Source: Phoronis australis
Lineage: Eukaryota; Animalia; Phoronida
Assembly (NCBI GenBank): GCA_002633005.1
Contig: NMRA01000180.1
Location: 619,955-683,954, forward strand
Direction of reading: 5' to 3'
Length of the DNA: 64,000 nucleotides
Positions within the stretch are counted from its first letter, which is position 1. Each line of letters begins with the position of its first letter. The notes beneath the pieces were generated by a model. It saw only the letters and a program-made list of their open reading frames with translations. It did not search any database and had not been told where the DNA came from. Positions 48,901-59,076 of the stretch are shown piece by piece. The translations under genes and the position numbers were made by a program.

Positions 48901-51900
48901 TGAGGAAAGGGAGACTATTTTCAAGAATTCTATAGTTTTGAATCGTGTGTTGAGGCTTGGGTCTCGACAGTTTTATAACCAATCTAAAGTCGAAGGTCCC
49001 ATATCTGTGGGATTTTTAAATGTACACGACCGAGAACAGCGTCCCCTTTTGAAGTCACGTGCTCGATCGTTATTGCCTACTTTCAGGTTGTTATTACCAA
49101 CAATGAAACCAAGTGGAAAACTTCGTTTCCATTTTACGACTGGGTAGAGTCGGGCGCAACGAAAATACCAACAGCCAAAGCTGTGTTGCCTTTCCAAGAA
49201 ACCAATGAAGACCTAAAAAACCTTCGCGGTGAGGAAGTCCGCCGAAGGCAGGAAATGTATCCATTCAGTCAAGGGAACGATTCTCTGCCTGGTTTCATTG
49301 GAATTGAACAGCACGAAAACCTGCCCAGATTCGTCCAGTTCCACGATGCAAAGGCCTACGATTTCAAGGTAATGCTATCTTACAAGCTGTAAGAGTGGTG
49401 TGTTACAGATAAGTTACTCTGGTCTATCCCTTCTCCAATAGAACTTTTTATGAATAGGATGAACCGACGCATGTGCTTCCTAGATCATGGATTTGTAGGA
49501 GTTGAGTCCAGAATCAAGGAAGTGCCACCAAGGCGATCGTATGCCCCGTATGCTGGCAGACGATATTGGATAGATGCTACCTGTTCATTCTTGTGTCTAT
49601 TAAAAACTGAACTCGTGGTTGCTTGGAATGCTACCGAAATGAGGTGATCCCTACTCGGGATAACAGTCCTCTGTGTACATTGTGCAAAAGATACAATAAA
49701 GCACACGCCTTTTTACAAAACTAATGTAGAGCTGTTTGCAACTGTAGTCTGTATGTATATTACATAACACCATGTATTGACTTGAGCAGTGGACTGGTTT
49801 TTAGGCTAAGGTCGTTTTGCTCAGAACATGTATAGAAAGTAGGATTTTGACGCTTTTGTGCCATTTAAGGCGATTTGTTATGTTTTGATGAGCCATACTA
49901 ACTCAAAAGACCTGCTGGAACTTATTTAACATCTTAAGGACCTGGTCCATTATCACGTTAGGCCGGGGAACTCCCTAACACTTACGATATGCATTTGTTT
50001 GACTCTGGTCTAAAATCATTTTTTCACATCTTCGACAATTTTGACTAAGACACATCTGGTATAGTCCATCAGAATAGGCTTTTAACTAATTTCTTAGCTT
50101 GTGTTCATAAAGGTTAAACATTTCCATTTGATGGAACAACGATTCAAAGGGGACTAAAAATATGGCCACTTCACAGAAGTTCAATGGCTCGATTTCAGAA
50201 ACCACCAAGAAGCATGTTATTGTGAGCGCTTCTAAGAAAGATAACAAAACAGATAAGATATGTTTAACAAGTAGATCAGTTACAACCATTACAAATAGTT
50301 GATATGAAGAAATCTTGTACAGAGCAACACTGACATTTCACTGCTGAGGTCAACACACATCTGTTGTTACGTAATTGACTGTTGAACTGAACTCGCAGTT
50401 GTTGCTTTTCTGACCAACTGCGAAGGTTTCTCTGGTCTGTGAATTTTAAAGTACTGTTCCAATAGAATTTACTGTGCGAAATCAACCTGTGAAATAAGGT
50501 TGATTTTACAATATCAAGCATATCTGTTACACTAGTTCTTCATGGTCCATTAGCGCATAAGAATGTTCAAACATCTTTTTGAGGCGCCTCTTTCCTGACA
50601 TTTGCAAACTATTCCCGCAGAATAACTTCGATGAGGCAGTAAGGAAGTTCGGAATAAGCTCCGTAATTGAAACGCTTCATTCGTGGGATAAACCTGAAGA
50701 CCTGGCACACATCGCTAGGAGGTGAGGCAAATGGGCTCGTACTGATTCATAGGTCTATATTCGGCTTACGAGACATGACATTCAAACCTGTTCATGCACC
50801 ATGCTGATTTAGCTCAAGTTACTGTTGGAAATGTTCATCAACTTTTTCCTCATTCAGTTTCAGGGCTTGGAATTGTCATCTTTTTCATCTTTTTTGATTT
50901 CCGATTTCCTCTTTTCCGTGTCTTTTTATCGTTATTTTGACTTTATTCATAAAAACACATTTATTTCAGTAAAATGTTACAACATCAAAATATTTTTTGT
51001 GGAATGATATACCGCATGGTAATTTTCCTCTTTTTGTCATTGGTCACTCCAGGTTAAACGTAGTCTTTGGCTTGGGTGGAACGGCACGTCGTAGTTGTTT
51101 TCGGCCAAATTTGTTTACTGTCATGTTTTTTTGAAATTACAAAAGGACTTGAGAAATGTACAAAACCGCTTTGTGACTTTCTTTCAAAATTTCTGGTAAC
51201 ACGTCTTATGAAAAATTTACAACGGTTTGGATTTACCATTGATTTTATATCTTAAAATGTTAACTCATTCATTCGAAATTTTACAACAGCGATAGTCTGC
51301 GTTTAATTAAAAAAGGTTTAGACGAGGATGCATGTAACTTCGTTTGGGAGGCCTTCCTTGCGTTTCACTGACAAGGAAAATCTGTTGATTTTCTACATAT
51401 TTAGGGTTTCCTCTTCTGAGGAGAAAGAATTTCAACAGTTTTACGTGGACAGATGGGACGACGATACTGTATTCGGCAACTTGTTTCTGAGTGGACCTAA
51501 CCCCGTTCTGATCAGGAAATGTTCCAAACTTCCTGATAACTTCCCTGTAACGGACAAAACAGTCAAGGCATCTTTGCAACGTGGTCTCACACTTGAAGCA
51601 GAAATGCAGGTATTTGTTGGTGTAAAAGGGGTACCAGAGCTATCGTAAGTGGATCGATAGCTGGAACATAGGTTCTTGAATAATTCCAGGACTGCTATTT
51701 GTCATAAATAATGCTTTCTGTGAGACACAGCTTCATAAAAAAGTTGTGCGGTACTTAACAATGCGGTTGTGGTTCGTGCATTTCCCAAAAATGTGCTAAT
51801 GTCAGCAAGGCTGCAACCAGTCTAGTTCATATCCGTCTCCTAAACATTTTGTAAAAGTTGTGCTGCAAACTAAACGGTCACCTGGAAACGGCCTCGAGAT

Positions 51901-54900
51901 CTTTGAATAATCGCTTGACGTCTACCCTCGTTTGTTTCGAACTCAAAGAACCACTAAAAAGACGTGACTTCTATGATTCAAGTTTGAGTTCTTACATGTA
52001 TTTAGAGTGGCGCCATGGTCTATATTTTTAGGAGGGACATGTCTATATTCTAAACTACGAAGATTTGGTTGGCCTTGGAAGATTTAGGGCAGGAGAAGAC
52101 GTCCGTCACTGTGCCAATGCCATGGTTCTCCTCTACGTGCGCCCTTCCGGTCATCTGGTGCCCATTGCCATCAAGCTGGACCAGGACAACGGACCGATCT
52201 GGACCCCAGAGGACGGTCTTGGATGGACCATGGCCAAGATTTATGCAAAAAATGCCGATGTTCAGATCCACCAAATGGGAACGCATCTTATGGGAACGCA
52301 TTTCGTAGCAGAAGCGGTTGCAATAACTTTGCTTCGCAACATCCCGTGTGTCCACCCCATATACAAGCTTATTATACCGCATACTCGCCACACCATTGCC
52401 ATCAACACCGTTGGCAGGCTCAAACTTGTTGGACCAGGTGGTGTCGGTGACAAGACTCTTTCAATTTCTGGAAGTGAGTATCTGACGAAATGTTGACATT
52501 TTAAGTATTGCTATTTAAAATTTCAGTCAGATGACAGCTCGTACCGCTATCTCGTCTCTTCTCTTTCTCATGGAACATTTGGCATTTGTTATACGAACGT
52601 GTTTGCGATTATTTTTTATTCCCTCTTAACCAACCCTAGAACGACATCTGATGACTAGAAAACTCGGTTGTTAAAAAGCGATTTCATACAACCATTCCCA
52701 TTTATTGTTAAAAGGCCAACGTCAGTTGAGACGTGGTAAAAAGAGGTTATTTTACAAAGGCAAATGAAAATATCTTCAATATTGAGACTGTAACTCTATT
52801 TATGATGGACTTGAACAATTACAAAAAGCGAAACACAAAACAAACTAGTGAATTATTACTGACAATTTATAGAACCACGAAGATGTTGAAAAGAGTAAGC
52901 GAAAGCAACCATAATTGTCTTTTCACTTATTCCCAACTAATGAGACACAAAGTGAGGTGTGCATTCACGAAATACGACGGGATGTTGGACCTTGTTTCAA
53001 GATTTGTCCCTGACTTGTTTGTTTCCAATCAGCCGATTTTGAGTCTTTGCTGTTCGCCCAGGTCAGTAAAGAGCGTGCTTTTTCTTTCTGAACACTGTCA
53101 GTGACCCAGTGACGGACACACCTGGTNACAAGCTTATTATGCCGCATACTCGCCACACCATTGCCATCAACACCGTTGGCAGGCTCAAACTTGTTGGACC
53201 AGGTGGCGTTGGAGACAAGACTCTTTCAATTTCTGGAAGTGAGTATCTGACGAAATGTTGACATTTTAAGTATTGCTATTTAAAATTTCAGTCAGATGAC
53301 AGCTCGTACCGCTATCTCGTCTCTTCTCTTTCTCATGGAACATTTGGCACTTGTTATACGAACGTGTTTGCGATTATTTTTTATTCCCTCTTAACCAACC
53401 CTAGAACGACATCTGATGACTAGAAAACTCGGTTGTTAAAAAGCGATTTCATACAACCATTCCCATTAATTGTTAAAAGGCCAACGTCAGTTGAGACGTG
53501 GTAAAAAGAGGTTATTTTACAAAGGCAAATGAAAATATCTTCAATATTGAGACTGTAACTCTATTTATGATGGACTTGAACAATTACAAAAAGCGAAACA
53601 CAAAACAAACTAGTGAATTATTACTGACAATTTATAGAACCACGAAGATGTTGAAAAGAGTAAGCGAAAGCAACCATAATTGTCTTTTCACTTATTCCCA
53701 ACTAATGAGACACAAAGTGAGGTGTGCATTCACGAAATACGACGGGATGTTGGACCTTGTTTCAAGATTTGTCCCTGACTTGTTTGTTTCCAATCAGCCG
53801 ATTTTGAGTCTTTGCTGTTCGCCCAGGTCAGTAAAGAGCGTGCTTTTTCTTTCTGAACACTGTCAGTGACCCAGTGACGGACACACCTGGTGTGGTATTC
53901 TTAGTCACGATTTCCTATGGGTGTTTGACTGCAAATCCTTTCAGCTATCATTTAAATTAATTAATTAATTAATTAATACGTGTTACCAATATCCATGTCC
54001 TCATAAAAATGCATTATAGATTTCAAGATCAACCTTTGTCTGCAGTTCACATTTCACTTCTGACTTCAAGTTCTCTCTTGCTGGTAGGAAGCTGCAAGAA
54101 AGGTGCTTTCCCGTCAAAGTTTGCAACAGTCGATGTCAAATTCTTAAAATATGTTAAATCAATAACGCATGGACCTTCCCAAGCACGATGATGCAACGTT
54201 TAGACTGGCCGCAGTGCGTGTTTTTTCGCATTAAGTCACTTACTTCCAATTTTTCAAAGTGATGCCCTCTAAAGAACTGGTAACCTCGTCTAAACACTCT
54301 CAGCGGAACATTCCACTCTGCGTGCAACATTCCCCACCTGCTTAAACGTCAACTTTGGCATATCTTTTGACAAAACTTCCACCATTGTTTAAGCATGGGT
54401 AACCTCGTTTTGAAATCCGATAGTCGGAAGTGCGCTTGCTTGTGATACATGAATATGAATGCCATTTGGTTTACGGAGTGTGCAGCCTATTGTACAACAA
54501 GTGAGCACAGGTCACTTACACACTCATGTGCGCACCCAGGGGGGCTCGGGGGGTTCATTCGAGCGAAGTGGGCAAAAAGGTCCGCCGCAGAGAAGCAAAA
54601 AGTCCGAGAAAACTAGACCTAAATTCATTAAGATGGCGCAGACACACAGCTCACAATTCTGAAGGTGGTACCCCGTTTTTTTGTTTCAAGTCCTCCCGCT
54701 TTTTTGTCAACAAAAGGTTCACACCGTCAGAAATTTGAGCCCCCATATTAAAGGCTGGGTGCGCGCATGACACTGAACTGTAGTTACTGTTGCTAGGTTA
54801 TGTTGACAGGTAAAAATCTTCATTGTTGCGTTATGCTTATGCTTTTACGCTGACAGGCTTTGTTTTGCAGACGGCTATCACATCGAACTTATTAAAACGC

Positions 54901-57663
54901 GTTACCGGAAGCGTTTCCATTGGAATAAGCTCAACATCCCAAGTGAGCTCGCGAGTCGTGGCGTCGACGACGCCGAACTCCTGCCTAATTACCACTACCG
55001 TGACGACGCACTGCTACTGTGGAACGCGATCTTGGAATATGCTAGGCAGATGGTCACCATCTACTACCTGTCTGACGCTGATGTAGTTGCAGACGATGAA
55101 CTGCAGAACTTTATGAAGGAGGCAAGAATAACAATTCATACTATTTTGAAAGAATTTTACACTTGCTAAGCTCGCGCTCTCATTTACAATCACCAATTTA
55201 ATGTTGTTTGCGTGTGTAAGAACGACAGTTTGTGACTGTGTTGGGAAAAATTAAGTATCAATGTACATAAAAGCAGTAGATATTTTCTAATTCTAAAATA
55301 CCAAAATATTATCACCCGGAATGCTTCGTCTCATATTTCAGCTTCACGCTCAAGCTTTCCCATTTGCTGAAGGTGACCTTGACAAGCAGTGTCCAGACAG
55401 TGTCCGTACATTGAGTGACCTAATCACCTTGGTCACCATGGTCATATTCAACTGCTCCTGCCAACACGCTGCGGTCAACTTTGGCCAGTTCCACCACATG
55501 TCCTTTCCGACAGCGTATCCACTGGCTCTTCGCCAGCCACCACCAGATGTAAGTCACAGTCTAAAATTGCTTTGCTCTGTATGTTTGTTATGACGTCATT
55601 GTAACATTTTGGGCATACTTGTAGGGAGCGTGTAATAACCCCCATAAATTGACCACATTTACGTATCACTGTAAATTGCTAAGGAATTGTAACATTATTA
55701 CCTGGCTATGGACACTGCCAATCCTTCTCAACTCCCCTGGAGCATAAGATGGATGCAACCGTTGTAAGGTCACACGGGTCAATCCAAACACATAATAATA
55801 AAAATTCAAGTGCTAAATTGCCCCCGAGGTCAACTGAATCTGAAAAAATCCAATACCTGCAAATGTTTTTGAAAATGTGATGTGACTCCACGATTCTATT
55901 CCTATTTGTGCCAAATCGCGTCATAACTGGCACATATGTCATCACTGAACAACCGAATACTGCGGAGTAGTTTCAGACATTTGTGCACTTTTAGGTCTAG
56001 GGAACGGAAACAAAAGCACATTAGAAAGTTTTGCGACGTCATTGGCAGAATTATTCTCCGCTAGTCACACGACTTTCCGATCTAGTTTTTACTCAAAATG
56101 CACGAACTGGTTGTACGGCAGAATTCACCTATGTGAGTTTGCAGCCATTACAAAGCGCTTTACGGCAAGGTTTTTGATGGTGGATTACGGAGCTTAAGAT
56201 GCCCGACATTCTAGAAGAGTTCTCACCATTCTTGCATTGGTCCTTAGTGCTGTTGCCTCGGCCAGCGTGTGTCTGCAATCTTTGAAGCGAAACACGTACA
56301 TGCATCCTTACACACGTGTGCTTCACGAATTTTGAGTGGCTATAGTTACCAAGATCTAGTTAACACCAGTAAAAATCCTCAGCAGGCGCACATTCGTATC
56401 CTATTAGGGCTGGACCGATTGGTTTCCAATTTTATGGGAGCCAATCATTGGTGGCTCTTTGTTGACGAGTCATTTAGTGGGCATAAAATATGTAGCAATT
56501 TAGGGCTACAAAGCTGTTGGCTAAGATAGAGGACTTTAGTTTTGTCTGATACTGATCATGGAAGTCAATAATTTCAGACACATTTGCTTCAAGGCTTCAC
56601 GATGGCATTCCGTGGCAGGGAGCCTAGGAAACACAATTAGACATGCAGATTTAGATTTGCTCATATTTCATGACGTACACTAATTCTTCGTTCTATGGTT
56701 GTGCAGGAAACATTGAAACGGTAATGCGTTCTGTAGAAGCACTGCAACACTAAAAGCCAGATCATTTAAGGCCACGCAAAATTTACGGGAGTGCGACATC
56801 TATTGGTTTGCGGGTATGCTGTAAACCTTACTATTGTAGCTTTTTGAATTGCCGGGTAAAATTCACTGTTTCCATTCCACAAGCGAAGAATTTTTGCCCT
56901 AGGTGCTTCACGAGAGTCTACGGAACGCATCCCTGGCTTCCCTTTGCCAAGCTTCTGAAAATACATTTTATCTATGAACTGTTTTGCAGCGGAAGTGGAA
57001 CATAGAAATGATAGACATTATGGCTGCGCTACCCGACAAGACACTAACTGTAGCTGCAGCGGCCATTACGCATGCTCTGACAAGATATACCGACACAGAG
57101 GTAATTTGTTGTACTAGAATTTTAAAATTCCTACCTCCTGCATTCAGTCACGTTTTTGCATGGTGTAGTAACGGGGAACTCGAAATTAACCAGAAGTCGC
57201 AGATGGAGCAACAGATCATCCGATAACAGTGCCTGATTTCTACTAAATCATCTGGGTCCTTTATCACATGATCGTCCAAATGATGACGAACCGATTTACG
57301 CTCTCAGTCCATTCAACCATTCAGTGAATAGGCAATGGTTACCGTAGTTAGTTGTACAAGTGATTTCAAATGACATTGGAGAAGTAATCAACGATTGGGC
57401 TGACGTGTAGCCTACATTTCGGTCTTCCCAAGTAGAACAGGTTTCGTCAGTTAACTGATCAAGGAACGTTTGATTCATTTCAGGTGTTCCTCGGGGAGTT
57501 TCCTGAAGAAATATTTGTCGAGGACCAGGCTCTGGCTGCGCAGGCGAATTTGCGACAAAATCTCTACGAAGTCACGCAAATAATCGAAAGAAGAAATGTG
57601 GATAGAGAATTTAAATACCTCTATCTTCTCCCTGAAAGAATTCCATCCAGTATTGCCGCTTAA
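39914..57663 (+). CDS. LOX-B: animal-type PLAT-domain lipoxygenase, tandem paralog of LOX-A, 11 coding exons, ~682 aa
   Basis: join(39914-39930,41946-42037,44156-44316,49087-49368,50621-50721,51405-51609,52032-52473,54871-55121,55342-55548,56990-57100,57484-57663) = 2049 nt. Intron positions and phases match LOX-A, and intron 8 needs a GC donor. Motifs HQMGTHLMGTHF, QHAAVNFGQ and C-terminal YLLPERIPSSIAA. Exon 1 is tentative. Confidence 0.92.
41946..42037 (+). CDS. LOX-B exon 2 (start of PLAT domain)
   Basis: ttttag|...HYTAEVYTSAKKTSGWKGIGTDDDVHLSIH|gtatg. Not present in the ORF track. Confidence 0.85.
42730..42920. repeat. Tandem duplication of a ~93-bp unit
   Basis: agaccagaaaccattatgttttttt...tcagagtaaataaagctccc..catgatt occurs twice. 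Confidence 0.85.
42980..44090 (+). mobile_element. Putative Helentron-associated (HINE/DINE-like) non-autonomous element with internal degenerate repeats
   Basis: Recurring ccacctagtgg, gaaatttggcaca and gactactgt...cctagtg units. ttattccccc start and gggcgcttatgaactctccg...ttgttt end. Family assignment is by resemblance only. Confidence 0.4.
44156..44316 (+). CDS. LOX-B exon 3 (PLAT)
   Basis: GTHGVTERTMLDKWWRDDLEPG...DDWHLAK|gtaaa. 161 nt. Confidence 0.9.
45553..45716. mobile_element. MITE CAGGGGCGGATCCAG...AAATCCGGCACTG
   Basis: Imperfect terminal inverted repeats with 5-bp flanks CAGAC/CGGAC. Homologous to 29172-29467. Confidence 0.6.
46436..46647. mobile_element. MITE, CATGCGCGCACCC-terminus family, copy 2
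   Basis: CATGCGCGCACCCAG...TTGGGTGCGCCCATG with 5-bp target duplication CTACA. Confidence 0.8.
46947..48501 (-). mobile_element. Non-autonomous Kolobok-type DNA transposon, copy 2, in LOX-B intron 3
   Basis: TTAA|AGGAAAATGCCACCC ... GGGTGGCATTCTCCT|TTAA. Reverse complement of 10420-12103 with some indels. Confidence 0.85.
49087..49368 (+). CDS. LOX-B exon 4
   Basis: tttcag|VVITNNETKWKTSFPFYDWV...LPRFVQFHDAKAYDFK|gtaat. Confidence 0.9.
50621..50721 (+). CDS. LOX-B exon 5
   Basis: cgcag|NNFDEAVRKFGISSVIETLHSWDKPEDLAHIAR|gtgag. 101 nt. Confidence 0.88.
51405..51609 (+). CDS. LOX-B exon 6
   Basis: WDDDTVFGNLFLSGPNPVLIRKCSKLPDNFPVT. 205 nt. Confidence 0.92.
52032..52473 (+). CDS. LOX-B exon 7 (iron-binding helix, Coffa site Gly)
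   Basis: HQMGTHLMGTHFVAEAV...PHTRHTIAINTVGRLKL. 442 nt. Confidence 0.95.
53128..53891 (+). repeat. 764-bp direct duplicate of 52363-53126 across a single N (probable uncollapsed haplotype overlap)
   Basis: Offset 765 with about 6 substitutions. It begins mid-exon immediately after N 53127, and ORFs 52733 and 53498 are identical. Confidence 0.9.
54525..54769. mobile_element. MITE, CATGCGCGCACCC-terminus family, copy 3
   Basis: CATGTGCGCACCCAG...CTGGGTGCGCGCATG with 5-bp target duplication ACACT. Confidence 0.82.
54871..55121 (+). CDS. LOX-B exon 8 (GC donor)
   Basis: ttgcag|...PNYHYRDDALLLWNAI...DDELQNFMKE|gcaaga. 251 nt, as in LOX-A. Confidence 0.92.
55342..55548 (+). CDS. LOX-B exon 9
   Basis: VIFNCSCQHAAVNFGQF. 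207 nt. Confidence 0.95.
56990..57100 (+). CDS. LOX-B exon 10
   Basis: RKWNIEMIDIMAALPDKTLTVAAAAITHALTRYTDTE|gtaat. 111 nt. Confidence 0.9.
57484..57663 (+). CDS. LOX-B exon 11 (terminal)
   Basis: tttcag|VFLGEFPEEIFVED...FKYLYLLPERIPSSIAA-TAA. 180 nt. Confidence 0.93.
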   Translation: MFLGEFPEEIFVEDQALAAQANLRQNLYEVTQIIERRNVDREFKYLYLLPERIPSSIAA

Positions 57664-57981
57664 AACATTGGGTTTTATTTTGTAGGGCTTATAGAAAAGG
57701 ATACTTTTTCACTTTTCAGTATCACAGTATGCGCTTAATGAAATAGCACACTGAAAATCGAATTGTTCTGTAGTACCAGAAACATACTATGCAACGTTCA
57801 AGAACATCGTTATATTATTGCATCAATTTTATTGTGTAGCATAGAGTGAAAAATTCTTTCTGCCGAGGCTTTAATGTGATTTCTTAGAAAAGTATTTAGG
57901 TGATTATATATATGGTTAGTGATGTCTATGTGAAGTTCATGTATGCAATTTCAATTTCTGACTGATGAATATTTAGGTGAA

Positions 57982-57987
57982 AATAAA
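57982..57987 (+). promoter_or_regulatory. Candidate polyadenylation signal of LOX-B
   Basis: AATAAA about 320 nt after the stop codon. Confidence 0.35.
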
Positions 57988-58434
57988 CACGTTTGAGGAA
58001 ACATTTTAGATATTTTACAAAAGTTGTAGGCTCTCTACGTACAACTGTTTTGCATGTTTATAATTGTCTAGAAAGAATCTAGGTGCACTCAACACTCAAG
58101 AATACTTTGGAGGCGTCAACGTCGAAACTTTTGTGGCAAAGAGGCATAAGAAATAAGATAATGGCTGCTATATTTCAATACTGGCCATGTCTTATCACAA
58201 GGCAGAAATAAAATGAAACAATGATAACATTTACAAAAGCATGTAACGAAAAACACAGGGCACACTGAACAATACGGAACTCGATTGCAGGCATGGAGAA
58301 CGGAGCTTACGATCTGCACGTCCAAGGTAGGCTTTTCACAATTAAGTAGCAAAGTCTTCAAATGAAGGTCATTCTTTACATACCGAATGGAGTTGTTATC
58401 TACTATCTAGTGATTCTCCGGCTGTGCAAGGTCA

Positions 58435-58710
58435 GTGCATACGAATGTATGTATGCATGTACGTCTGTATGTATGCACTTGTGTACGTAGGCCTACTTAT
58501 GTGAGTTCGTATGTATGCATGTGCATTTGGTCGTATGTATGTATGTGCATGCATGCATGAATACAAACGATCAAATGCACATGCACCCATGCTACCACAA
58601 ATAAGTAGGCCTACGTACACAAGTGCACAAATGTATGCATGCAAACGTTCATGCTTACATACACACATGCACACATACATACATACATACGTACCTACAT
58701 ACGTACACTA
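58435..58710. repeat. Long palindrome built from (TATG)n/(CATA)n-like sequence
   Basis: tgcacttgtgtacgtaggcctacttat (58474-58500) is the exact reverse complement of 58601-58627. Inner arms are also complementary, with the centre near 58552. Confidence 0.85.
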
Positions 58711-58744
58711 CTAAAGCAAACTTCTAGCATTACATCTCAATTAA

Positions 58745-59076
58745 AGGGAAATTATAGGCGAGAGAAGTTTTATTCTCAGAAGAGCTTCAGCACGGATTCG
58801 ATGAAACTGCAACATCCTTGGTCACAAAGTCACACTCTAACGGCAGAGCTAGAATCTCAATCCATAAATGGCAGATTATTTCAAGCGGAATTTGTAAAAT
58901 CACCGGCCTTGATTTCAGCAAATGTCTGACAAACAGCGACGAGAAACGGCATTTTGCAATCTTAAAAAAGCGCCTTTTTGTTTTGTGTTTTAGTCAAAGT
59001 TTACTTCAAGAAGTCTCTATCATCTAGCAACAATATCAAACAAGCGTTTTTCGGTAGTAAAACGGACAACGTCCCT
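58745..59076. mobile_element. Small TTAA-flanked Kolobok/T2-like MITE
   Basis: TTAA|AGGGAAATTAT ... ACAACGTCCCT|TTAA. Only a short imperfect terminal repeat. Confidence 0.45.

Noticed and set aside
52733-53869. Two identical 123-aa ORFs (MVKRGYFTK...)
   Set aside because: Intronic sequence duplicated by the probable haplotype overlap, with a GTG start and no coding features.
55720-55870. SINE-like central-domain fragment, with a related piece at ~60190-60235
   Set aside because: The similarity is short and I cannot define its boundaries or family.
58432-58929. His/Tyr/Met/Cys-rich ORFs
   Set aside because: Translations of the (TATG)/(CATA) palindromic low-complexity repeat.
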